Assembly (NCBI RefSeq): GCF_022539665.2
Contig: NC_081333.1
Location: forward strand, 6,138,001-6,202,000
Source of the DNA: Daphnia carinata
Lineage: Eukaryota
Direction: 5' to 3'
Length of the DNA stretch: 64,000 nucleotides
Below, piece after piece: positions 36,901 through 49,243 of this stretch. The notes under the pieces were generated by a model, which saw only the letters and a list, made by a program, of their open reading frames with translations, did no database searches and was not told the origin of the DNA. Every line of letters starts with the position of its first letter. Positions within the stretch are counted from its first letter, which is position 1. A program made the translations under genes and the position numbers.

Positions 36901-39900
36901 TGAAGCCACATTCATTGCTCCGGTTTAAAAAACCCATTCTGGTCGAACGGTATTACAAGTTAAAAAGACCAATTTGTAATGGCTTATTGCTTGTTTAAGA
37001 GCTGACCGACATAACCCCAGCAACGGGGTTAGTCCGGTCGCTTTATGCCAAATTTTGTAATAAAATTGTAATTTCGAATTAAACTTGAAAAATGTAAGAA
37101 AAAAGACCGTAACAGCTAGCTTATTTCTTCATTTTCTAAAACAAAAATTCACAAAATATCACAAACAGTTTAGAAGTTATTGGCAAAAAACAAAAAATGA
37201 CCGAAATAGCCCCGGCCTCCCCTACATGTTTTACACAATTTTTTTCATCATGGGAGGTTCTTGGTAGCCTACTAGCTGAGGATGATGTAGGAGGGACTGA
37301 AGGGCCTGTCAGGCAGCTACCAGGCAACCAAAATAAAGGTTCTAAGAGAAATTTAGGACGGCTATGGAGAAGACTGAGGAGGACAGTAGGAAGTTCTGCA
37401 GAGGTACTTAGGAGCCCGTCGTGTCGTGTGGGTGCATGAAAGGTAAGTAGAAAGTATACCCGGCTTCACCGATCAACAACGTCAAGCGTGCGATAAATGG
37501 GAGGTAAACTTTGAAACTGATCATGTGGAAATAATGAAGTTTGCAAATCGTTATGCTACGCCATCAAACCCTTCCGCCAGTACAATCGGGATGTCAGCCT
37601 CAAATATCACGTTCAGTATCCGAAAAACGGCCTACCAACGTTATGCCGACCGGCCTTCTCCGACAATTGAGCCATGGTGATTTGGAGACCCAAACCCAGA
37701 TGCTGAAGCTGGAGATGACGTTGGAGACAGCAAGGGCTCAGATGGAGGCAAATTCAACTTTGTCACGGAGACCCTGAATAAGGCTTTGAGAAGAATGAGT
37801 CAACATAGGTAAACTTATAGACAGCTCTAGAGTTATGTGATGTCCAACGATATTGCTGCCAATAACACGTTGGTTAGGCAAGTGCATCGAACGTTAGACG
37901 GTTTGGAACTGACACATTTCTCGAAAGACGTTTTTATCAAGAAACTGACTTCAACCGAAAAAACGATGCAGTCGTAACGGAGTACAGCGGCCTGAAACAC
38001 GCCAGACTTCTCCCGATTTAAGAAGCAAGGAATGAATCGAACAAGATGAGGTATTTATCTCACCACGGGATCGTGAACCCTTCTAGATCATCGACCAAAA
38101 GTCCGAATTGTATTCGATGGAGCTCCTGAGTTCGGTGGCACGTCGATAAATCAAATTTGTGTCGGGGACCTAATTTACTCGTTAGGTTGCCCGGTGCTCT
38201 CATCGTTTCCGGCGTAACCTTGTGCCAGTCGGAGCAGACATCGAAAAAATGTTTCTCCAGGTGAAAGTTCCCGAAGAAGACCAGGAACTTTCCGTTTTGT
38301 TTACCGGTGGCCTGACAGTAGTTCAGCCCCGATGATGTATCTTATCCGACGACCTGTATATTCAGCCTCAACCGAACGGCAATGGTCATCATGACTAGTA
38401 TCCGGGGGAAGCCGGCGGAGTCCGACGGAATTTCTTCGTTGACAACTACCTCGATTCGTTCGATTCCGAAGACGAAACAGTAAAGTGGGCCCGCCAAACG
38501 ATAGCATCTCTTCACTTAGGCGGCTTCAACTTAACGAAGTGAACGTCGTCGACGTGGGCCGTAATAACAAGCCTTAAGGGAATTAGGCCTTACTTGGATA
38601 ACACTGGCCCTCGACTTGGAAAGACTTCCCATCGAACGAACACTTGGGATGATGTAAGATAGTGAGGAAGACATGTTACTCTTCAAGATTCGAACGTCAT
38701 CGGAAAACGAAGTTCATACCAAAAGGTTTTTCTTAAGCTTCATATCCAGTGCCTACTATCCGTTGGGACTCGTCGCTATTGTTGTCTTCCTTATGAAGTC
38801 TGCTTCAAAACATTTGAACAATGAGAAAAGGATTGGCTGGAACGAACTGTTATCCGAAGATTTGTGTCAACGATTTTACTACTGATACGAGCACCTCGAA
38901 AATTAGTAATCAGTGTCGAGATGTTTCAGATTCCAACGTTGATGCTGGACACAGCAGTACCGTCGAGCTGTAGCTTACTTCCGTACCGTATTCGAAGACC
39001 ATTCGATATACGTGCCCTTTATCGTTTCAAAAATACACGTTACACCGGTAAAATTTCTCACGATTCCCGGGGGGGGGGGGGGTTCAGGCTGCTATAGAGG
39101 GCCTAAGTATAGCCCTCATAATTTGTCCAGAGCTCGAAATCGTTACCCGGCAAGTAATTTTCCATACGGAATCGGACAAACTGTGCTATGTTGGATTCAC
39201 TCGAAGACCTGCCTATTCTTTGTCTTCGTATACAGCCCTATTCATAAAAATCTCTGGAATACAGATCGTCAATAATAGCGTCATGTTCTGGAGTTTCAAA
39301 TCCTGCAGATCTCTGCGGTCGTGGCATCAACCTAAAGGACGTCGACAAGTTGATCAACTTCCATGAGGGGCCCCCATTCCTGAGTCTTGATCCAATGGAA
39401 TGGCACAGTTGGGAAAGAGGTTACAGAGCCAGATGGGCGGGATGTAAACGTGATTCGGGTTTTGGCCGTCAAAACAGAAGATGAAAATCACATAATCGAC
39501 CGATGTGTAATCCGATTCTTTAGTCTACTAAAACTTCAGCAAATTCTAGCCTTGAGTCAAAGATTCGCCAGAACACTCGTGATAAAATACTTTGCGACAA
39601 GCTAACAGTCGGAGAGCTGTCGGCGCAAGAAACGTTAGCGTCGCTAGTGCTGTGCATCAAACGTCGTCAAGAATTAGCCTTCTCTAAGAATATACGCCTT
39701 AGATAAAAATTTGAAATTGCCAATCAAATCCAAGCTTCGCACCTTCATGCTCTTTATGGACGAAGTCTGCAGTTGAGTGTAGGTGGAAGTAGGCTTCATA
39801 CGCCAATAGACTATGCGATTAAACATCCTATACTACCGCCAGCCGACGAGCTTTTAACACAAGGGATAATCTGGGAAATTGCGGTGAAATTATAGGACTG

Positions 39901-41804
39901 AAACGAATAGGACTGGAATAATAGAACTGAAAATTTCCAGTCCTATTTCTACAGGAGAAATAGGACTGAGAGAAATAGGACTGACTTTTAAAATATTTTA
40001 GGACAGTCCTTTCTCCATGGCATCAGTCCTATTTCTCAACGAACCACCTTTGCCGCGGTACAGCAAGAACTTCGCAACGCCATGGAGGAACTTACCAAGC
40101 GATGTGAAGAAATTCAAGCTGTAATGGCCTGTTAAGAAATCGAATGGTATTTTTCTCCTCCACAAGGGCCTCATTTTGGTCGGTTTTGGGAAAAATCGTT
40201 CAATCTAGCATAGGGCCATGAAAGTTAGCATCGGATATCGCCTCGTCACCAGCAATCTGTACTAAGTACCGTCGTCACCGAAGTGTCAGTCGATCTAAAT
40301 GCACGGCCACTGACACACCTCAGTATGGGCCCGGAAAACCCTGATCCAGTAACACCCAATCATTTCCTTTACGGTGGAGCTCGCCGAATAGATGGCTACA
40401 TGAGTACGTTTCCACATCTGACGGAAAGAAAAAAATGGAAGGAAAACGACCAAACGTTACCGTGGGAAACTTAGTTCTTGTGATTGAACCAAATACGTTA
40501 CGTGGACAGTGTTCTTTAGGCAAAGTGCTCTAAGTTATTCCCAGTTCCAGCAATAATGTCATTCGTGTAGTAAAAGTAAAAATTAGTAACCATGCACGAC
40601 CATGTATTCGTCGGGTGATAAATCTGCGTTTTGGCTACGGCCAAGGAACAAGAAGTTACCGTGAAAAGAGAGTAAAATATATCATTGGTAGCGTAAATCT
40701 CCCCTATCGGTACCTGTGATATGTAGACATTGTAAAAATATTTGAACTTGAACTGTCGTCAAAATGTTCAAATCAAAATTGTAAATGTAAGTCGTGCAAA
40801 CATTAATGATGAAACACCAGTGTAAATTCCGTAGAGACACCTTAAAACTTAGTGGAGTGTTCACGACCTTCAACGCCACCTATATTCCACTTCAAACATA
40901 GGGCAATGGCCAAAGTTAAATCGTTTGCTGTTTAGTACTATATAACATTACGAAATGAGGGAAACTGTTTAGCCTCCAAGGTGAGCAGCTGATACTCAGT
41001 TGAACTAACTTGTGAATAGTGAACACGTTTAAGTGACCTCTCCTACGTTAACGTTCATCAAATGGCAGAAAATCCGTCCCCATCTGCCGCATCCGTGAAA
41101 GAAAGATTAACGAAAAGTCGCGAAGTTGAGGAGTGCACGTTTAACCTCGGGGAAAACTTTGCTAGCGCTCTTAATGCAAAAAAAGAGGCTATTGGACGGG
41201 CGGTGGTACGTGGTGCCTAAGCACACCCCGTCATTTTTTGCTTTGTGAAAGCTAACGTCAAAGGCGCGGCGTTAGGCAAAAGGCGGGTTGTGGATTGCGA
41301 AGGTTTTATGTAAATGACAAATCGAACCGCCTGGAACTTTAATTTTTACAACACCGATGTTTCGGCTGTTTCTTGCCACTGGCGGTTGCCGGCCACACGA
41401 AACTCATAAATGTCCTCACCCATGCCACTGCGCCTTCTGCAACTCAGACGAGCATCATCAAATCCTTTGTGGATCTCGGAAGGCCAACAAAGGCGTGCTC
41501 CCTACCAGTGATGTACGTTTGAAGATCCACTGGAAGTGTGTTTTTTTTTGTTGTTTTGTTCATTTGTTCTCAACACAGTTTTGTTTCTTTTGGTTTTGTT
41601 ACACCGTTGTAAACAGGTAGGCCCGCTGTCACCTACGGTGCTTCCCTCACTGGCAAGGCTGTAGTAAGCAAGGGCTTGCTTACCTTTATCGTGATGGGTG
41701 GTAGGCCCTATTGCGTCAGAGGATCAATACAGTTCAGTTATCATCAGTTCAGTTGCCCATAACGTCAGTATCAGTTCTTTTGTAACCCAGTAATTGTTGA
41801 TTAA

Positions 41805-43332
41805 TGTGAGAATTGATTGATTTGTTGATAACATGAGAAGACATTGACGAAAGGAAGTTTTTACGGGTGAATATGTAGACGGGTGGACAATGAGTTCCAG
41901 CATCACAGATGAAGCCAACCATTGTAGTGGTAACTCCACGCTCAGCCGAAACCGTTTGTTGGACTTGCTTTAATCCCTTTGTAGCGAGGACATCGGTGGT
42001 GACAAGACAGTTGGAATGCCCGTCTCGTCCGTGTTCCAGATGCGGCCAGGTCGGATGCGATATTTTGTAATGACTTCAATTAAATTATCGAAAAACTTGG
42101 CTACAGCGGGTGCGTTAAATGCACTGGCACGTGCCTGACTTGTCGCCTCGGGTGCGCGGATAGACAAAGACGGGTTCCGTTTTAAAAAATACGTAAACCA
42201 ATCTTCGGATGCCTTTTCTTTCTCTATCCAATTTTTTGGCATGGTTAAACCGTTAGCGATGGCAAATTTAAAGGCTAAGCACCGGGATTCTTTTGGAGTT
42301 AGGCCGTGGCTCATCAAGAGCAAATCTTTAAATAATTTGCCAATTCCGTCTCGAGCCCAATCGGAATAATTTGACGAGCATGTTCCAGTCGCATAACAGG
42401 CTGTGTTGAAAGCGGAGGACCACTTTCGCGAAATTTCTTCACATACCTGTCCAAAGTGGACTTCTTAACATTGAAAAAGGAACTGGCATGCCGGATCGAA
42501 TATCCTCCCGCTAACACAGAAGTTACAGCGTGATGCATTATCTCTTCTTTTGGCGGAGAATCTGACCGTTTTCGCTTATAATTACGAACCATCTAGATTA
42601 AAGAAACAAAATAGAGCTGCGGTCATAAATAATACAACACAAGAAAAATAACAGACGAAAACTATTAATTGTCAGTGATTGCACGAATGATAGCTTACCG
42701 TTTTCCAGATACGAAGCAGAATAGAGGTGGTGTCAAGTGGACCGATGACAGATGACTTATGACGACCACGGTGTAAGAGTTTCTTTATATACCAAGCCAT
42801 CTGTTCTTCAGATTCTTTTTTTCGTTGAAATTAAGTAGCCATTTTGCTTGTTTACGGTTAACGAGAGAGAATTGATGCATACCGCCGCACAAGATGTGAG
42901 CTTGCTATCCGCTCTGTTTTACCCCGTCCCATCTTACCCCAGAATGTCTTGTCCCAACCAGCCCCATGGGTGGTGTCTTTGAAAACACGCGATTTTCGGA
43001 AAACCGCTTCAGATAATTTTTTTTGAAACTGAAAAAATGTTTGAAAATGAATAGAGTATTTCACTATATTTTTTGAAAAATTTTAGATCAAATAACGTAG
43101 CCGTAAATAACAATATTATTACAGCCCAACATAATTTTTCGAACCATCAAAAATTTCTGGCTGTATGGCTGTATTTCAAAAACGGATGCCACCACTACCA
43201 CAAAACTCCATCCCCAAACGCGCATGTGCTTAATAAACCTGATGTGCAAATTCAAAATTTTATAAAAGAAGCGTTTCTCTAAAACATAACTTGTCCCAAC
43301 TAATCCGTGTCCCGATTAGCCCCGGTCTCCCC
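41805..43332 (-). mobile_element. 5' half of a third pogo transposon; transposase remnant 42592 to ~41810
   Basis: TIR GGGGAGACCGGGGCTAATCGGGACA with flanking TA; MVRNYKRK..SIRHASSFFNVKKSTL; SIRAPEATSQARASAFN; IWNTDETG; other end missing. Confidence 0.88.
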
Positions 43333-43615
43333 TATATATACCGATGCTGCAGGTGAAAGTTATTTTACATTATGCATATCAGTAACGAAGTCTTGCCGAG
43401 TTATTGGCGATAACATTAAACCGATTGAAAGAGACCAATGCGGAAAGATGAGGGCACATTTGTGTGTCAAACCTGTATATCACCCACGTCAAGTAAAATC
43501 CAAAATGGAAATGGGGAAATCCTTTATAACACGGTTAACTGGAAGTTCTAGGCTCAGTTGTCACAATCAGTCGTCGCAGTTGGACAGGAAACTTTGCATC
43601 ACAGTTGTAGTGACA

Positions 43616-44270
43616 ATGTATCGAGAAGTTATCATGATAAAAGGTCCTTATTGTTATAATTTTGTACGCGAAGTTCAGCATTAAAAACACTCAGATGTTG
43701 CTTTTGCTCAATTAAGGATTTTTTTTTACTTGGTTATTGCTGCGTCAGCCTTATCAGATCCGCGCTGAACCGTTTAATTCAAACTTCAATAGATTTCGAC
43801 AAAAAATTCCGCGCATTGGTCGACGTGGGCATGGCATCATCGCCGAAGACATGAATCCGGATTCTTTTCCTCATGATGGAAGTCTATCCAATTTTTTTTT
43901 GAAGGCCTCAAAGGCGATGCCTTGTCTGGGTAGACGCAAAGATGTTTCTACTGAGGTGTGTAAAACTAGTTTGAGCGGCAACCTAAATTGCATGTCTTAA
44001 CTTCATGTAAGATTCTCTAGTCGGGTCACGCAACAATCATCGGCGAGCAGTATCCATTTAGAGACCGCTTGGGTCTTGGCCATGCATCCAACGAAGTTCC
44101 CACTGTTCACTATAAACAAGATTTATGGCCAAATTTCGATACTAGTAACTATTCACTCTGAGATATATGTACGAGTAGTAGTAAAAGAAGAACACAATTA
44201 TGTAGGAAAGCGGATAACGAGCGATCTACATCACAATTACGTGCAAGATTTAATCCGCAGCCGGAGGAAT
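43616..44270 (+). pseudogene. ETH: ETH duplicate with an altered signal peptide and deleted exon-4 acceptor
   Basis: Colinear with 7961-8700; -1 and -2 deletions in the signal-peptide region restore the frame; KIPRI-GRR is kept while VPRL became MPCL; deletion across the intron 3/exon 4 boundary. Confidence 0.82.
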
Positions 44271-44421
44271 TTTTTTAAATTTTTTACTACGTTCGCTTGA
44301 AAGTACCCATTAGATATAACAGTGGTAAGCACAGCCAAACACTTCGGGGAAAAAATATATGTAAATAATAATAACCAAATAAAAAAAAAATCTTCCTAAA
44401 AAAAGTGTATTTGATTCCACA

Positions 44422-45639
44422 TTATAACAGTTCACCACAAGCAGAAATTATGATTTTATCAGTTGGTTTTCCGGACTTCGTACCATATTTCTCCATCTTA
44501 CGCAAAACATCTAGACCAGCAAGTAGCTGACCAAACACAACGTGCTTGTTATCCAACCTACACTGACACAAATTGATGTCTGAAACAAGTACCAATAATA
44601 TAAAAAGAAACAAATTACCATTCAGCTTTGTCAAACGTTAAAAAAAACTGTGATCCATTTGAATTCGGTCCTGAATTTGCCATTGATAGTACACCTGGAC
44701 CGGTATGTTTGAGTACAAAATTTTCGTCTTCAAATTTCCCATTGCCACCGAAAATCGAGCGGCCTCCTGTGCCATCACCATTCGTAAAATCACCACCTTG
44801 GGCCATCTTTTAGAAATTACAAACTATGCAAACCAACAGAAACATTTGGGGGTTTGAAACATTCAACTTACAAATCCTGGAATAACACGGTGAAAGCTTG
44901 AGTTCATGAATCCATAACCTTTTTCATGAGTGCAGAGAGCCTGAAAGTTTTCAACTGTTTTAGGAGCAACATCTGCTCTTAACAAAATAATAATTCTGCC
45001 CAAGTTTGTTTTTCCCGCCTTCAGGTCCATATAAACTTGGGGGTTGCCACGAGGCTTCTTCTGAACCTCTTGTTTATTTTCTCCATCAGCAACTGAGGCT
45101 GTGTCGCTGGTAGTTTCTTTATTGTTTTCTTCCAATGTACTTTTGTTTTCTTCTGTTTTCCCTGCATACTTTTGTAACCAAGAATCTTCAGACCACACTG
45201 GCCTAGAATATCCTTCTTTAATTTTCCTAGGTCTGGCAATATTGACTGTTATTGTTTTCCCAAATAGTTCAGAATCATTCTGAATAAGAAAGTATCATAC
45301 AAAAATAATATACGAAATCTAATGTGAATACTTGAAGTATTACCATGTTGTCTATAGCTGCTGCAGCATCCTCAGCAAGTTCATATTCGATAAAAGAGAA
45401 ACCTCTATGTTTTTCATGATTTTCATAATCAGGAGGTATTTCAATATTGACAATTTCACCAAAAGGTATGAATGCAGCCCTTACTACAGATTCATCAGCT
45501 TCATCTGGTAGACCCCCTAAATAAGTTTCAATTAGTATTCTATGTCGAAAAATGTTGGTTGTGACGTATACTGATAAACTACTTTGCATCATTTGACCTT
45601 ACCAACATAAATATTTCGTTTTGCATTGTTAGCTGTCAT
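44422..45639 (-). CDS. PPIE: Peptidyl-prolyl isomerase E (cyclophilin 33, RRM + cyclophilin); exons 45639-45603, 45516-45344, 45279-44872, 44806-44619, 44557-44422
   Basis: [102 protein letters not shown]. Confidence 0.95.
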
Positions 45640-48177
45640 TTTTAAACACCAAAATAATTGAAGTGAAAGCACGTGAACTCGTAATAATACAACTGGACTA
45701 GTGTATATGACGGCAGAGTAACAACTTGCGTCAATTTTCGATTCAAAAACAACATGGGTTTAAGGGGCTGGATTTAGCGTAATGCTGCTTGGCGTGTGGA
45801 AGGGTAAAGTTTGGGAATCATAGCGTTGTCTAGACGTTAAAGCTGTAAATCCTGGAAATCGTAGAGGAAATGGGAGGAGTCAACAACCATAGGTTTTTCC
45901 CAACTTGGTCTCCGCGAGACCAGAGTAATAGAAACATGGTTTGTTGAAGCATGGTGCGTACAGCCACTGCACGGAAAACACCTTTTCGAAAATTTTTCAC
46001 AAAAATGAAGTTTGATTTCGATATTAGCTTCATAATATCGAAATAAAAAAACGGTAAAATATTAATTTGACCATTAGTTTGAGCGTCCTCTGTTGGGCTG
46101 AACGTTCCGTTGTGCTTACTGGAAAATGTAAGCAGGACTCATTAAAGAGATAAACAGTTTACCAATCACTAAATAACAAGTAAACATTGCAACTAATACT
46201 AAGCGAAAAATTTCAAACCATTTCGAATCATTTGTTCAGGTTCAACAATACTTTTATTTTATTTCCCAACACCCGCCACGGCGCTTATAATAACGGTAAA
46301 CTCGGGATGCTTTCAGAACAAAAAGGCATTGGGCGGAGTTGATATAACGGTGGCTGTGCCAGGTTTCTATAACACTGTTTATGGGAAGTCCGCCTAATAC
46401 ACCGTATTTTATTTTTGACCCTCAACTCCCAATATAAGAAGAAAAATGCCTGGAATAATTAGAATGCCACCCTCCATCACCGGCAATGATCATCATCGAC
46501 TACATCGATTAAGCGTATATGAAAATGCGTATTCAAATAAAAATGCATGATCATATCTTACAATTTCAAAATTTTTCATAATGGATTTAACAAATTATTT
46601 TGTTTAAAAAAAAAACAGAAGAACAGCCTTACTTTACATCGGTGTTGAACCGCTGCTGTTTGTGTCTGCAGCCAACAATATTCCGCTTAGGTATTAGGTC
46701 ATGAAATGTTGCACGGATACTCATATACCCTTTATTTGGATGGCACTTTTATACGTTTAAGCGTAGGATGACCAGCAATATCTTTTCATGAGCTAATGAC
46801 CATAGTGGGTGAGGGAGGGTGACGTTGCGATTGCTATAGCCTTTTCTTCTTAGCCTGGGAAGTGGGGGTCTAACAAAAATACAACAAAATATTTTCTCCA
46901 GACATTTTTCATATTACCTGGGGTACCTGAAAAAGATATCTAGATTTAAACTATCCAACCCAACTTATGGTGGTTTAGCGCCAAATCCGCCCTACCTCTA
47001 TTTAAAAAAGTAAGTAATTAATGTGTTCTACCCATATATGTTTTTTTCAGAATAAATCGGCGTTTTCCCAAGCTGGTTCCGAGGCAATATGCACTACTTA
47101 GTAGGCTACATAATCGCGCCTACCGTTTTCTTTATAGGCAAAGTGTGTGCTGTCGCCACTAGGGCTTCAATTTGGCTACTTTAGTGGTTAAGCCGTTAAA
47201 GTTAAACCAATCAAACAATACTGCGTGTAGCGCATGTCCTTTAAATTTTTTCGACGAGAACAAAATAAATTTTGTTGATATAAATTTGTCCAATGAAATA
47301 ATATATATGTACAATAGTTATGGTAATTGAAATAAAAGAATATAGAGAAATTTTTTAAAAATTATTTGTCACTAAAATTAATTACGATATTCGCCAAATT
47401 TAATGGCAATCGACAGCTCTTGGTAAGGATTTTCCATTTTTAAGTAATTGTTATCAACATTTTTAAATCGAAAAAATTTCATAGGCAAAATGTGTTTTTG
47501 TTGTTTTTCATTCTAAGGTTGCAATGGATGCAACTGATAAAAACACAAAAATTGATGTTATGCTTAAACTTTTTCCTTTTTCGAAAATTTAACGCAAATT
47601 TAATAGAAATAATTGCTCTTGATAAGACCTCGCGATTGCTACAAAACTTGTCAATTTGAACTGTTTATTTTTCTCGTAAATAATTATAAAATGCTTTCGT
47701 GATTTTAAAAAAGGGAAGGGGTGCGTGAAAAATACTAAACTTTGCATTGATCGTTCGATGCTTAATCTTCGTCAAAATATGTAATCATTATAACATTTTT
47801 GTTGTTGGTGATTCCGGAAAAATTTGTATAAACAAATACTTTTAAGATGTTATATTTAACCCCAAAAATTAGGTTTGAAAAAGTGGTTTTTGACAAACCA
47901 TTATGGCGGCCATTTTCTTACCGCGCCAAGTTCAAATTGTAACAAGCGTAAATAGGTGTTAAAAATTGTAATTATAAGCAAATATTTTCGCTTATAATAA
48001 TTAATTTCGATATCCGTTTTTGATAGGAAATCGCAGAAACTAACTAAGACAAGTTAAACAAATTTATTTCATCGGCTTTCATTTAATTTACAATTTTAGC
48101 GGTTCTTTTTTCAAATTTCCGCGAAATTTCCGGTATTTTGACCATAGGGGAAAAACGCATCTGCAACTATGCACTAC

Positions 48178-49243
48178 TTAGCAGATATGTAATGAGACCA
48201 TGTAAAATTTTCCTTTTTTCTGTTGGATACTGGAACTTTGCCTTAACTTATACACTAGCAACTTTTTCATAGGCTTACTGTCAAAATGAAACCGTACTTT
48301 AACATATTCCATGACCAGATATTTTATCTTGTAATCTCGATGGTCATCACCCAAAAATTGAATGGTATGTGACTCAGCGATCTTATCACAAAACTGTTCA
48401 ACGATTCGCATAGTCTGAAACCAAGGTTCAGTTACGTATACTAGATCGCCACGATTTCTCATAACTGTATAGTGATCTGCTCTGAAATTGCTAGGCAAAT
48501 CATGTTCATTAAAACCAACCAAACCCTTGCAAATTGCGCAATTACTGAAATACTTCCCACATACTTCCCACTTTTTATCATAGAACCACATAAACCGTAC
48601 ACCATTATTCTTAACTTAAAGTCATTATAATCTAGGTCATCCAGAATTCCTGATACCGAATACTTACTCGTCCAGTAACTGATTTCTGAGGGATTCTTTA
48701 TACTCTTGACGACCACTGTTTTTTCCGCGTTCCTGTAGACACTTTGCCATCGGAACTAGCCTAGATGTTCAATCGGCTCTATATCTTTAATTTTACTTTC
48801 ATTACTTCCTTTCACAAGCAAACTAAGACGTGATTGAAAGGAAATATACCTGATGATTTGTAAAAAAGATGTCACCCTTGGATGACTATCTACTTAGAAA
48901 ATGATTCCGAAAAGTCTGTAATTGTACAATGTGTCATTAGTTAAAATTTTTTATTAAAAATGTTTATAAGTTACTAATTACCATGGAACTATAAGTTTCA
49001 TCAAATTAAAATTTGTTTATTATTAATATTTGTTTTGATAATTTTCTAAATTAATAATTTGGTTATTTTTAAGTTCTTTATGTATACTACTAATTTGTTA
49101 TATACCTGTACATTAAGATGGGATTCTATATTGTTTCGAACTACTTTCAGCAAGAGCGAAGCGTCCACCATAAAATGGATTTTTGAATCAAGTTCAAGTG
49201 GATAATCGAGACACAGCACCCTCCCTTTTCTCCGGACACCCAC
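48178..49243 (-). pseudogene. P-element/THAP9-like transposase remnants
   Basis: IHFMVDASLLLKVVRNN (resembles DxxHLxKxxRN); LFGII..HP..F; C-terminal CAIC..RNRGDLVY..YVKVRFHF; fragmented; no termini identified. Confidence 0.6.

Larger units (their letters stand above)
25195..37222 (+). mobile_element. pogo-family DNA transposon (second family) split by a BEL/Pao insertion
   Basis: TIRs GGGGAGGCCGGGGCTA....GGTCA / TGACC....TAGCCCCGGCCTCCCC; TA on the right flank (left flank reads AA). Confidence 0.85.
23119..41804 (+). mobile_element. Old, heavily decayed BEL/Pao LTR retrotransposon hosting nested elements
   Basis: 5' LTR 23119-23455; PBS TGGTGCTGAAACCC at 23458 (tRNA-Phe-like); gag-like start 23726; frameshifted RT (YLSHHGIVNP..VRIVFDGA, ADIEKMFLQV, ~38050-38270); integrase (WYFSPPQGPHFG.FWE, LNARPLT..VTPNHFL, ~40145-40370); related 3' LTR 41627-41804, truncated. 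Confidence 0.78.

Noticed and set aside
45760..47000. Weak inverted match GGGCTGGATTTAGCG / CGCCAAATCCGCCC as transposon TIRs
   Set aside because: Short, gapped match without a clear TSD or coding remnant between the two sites.
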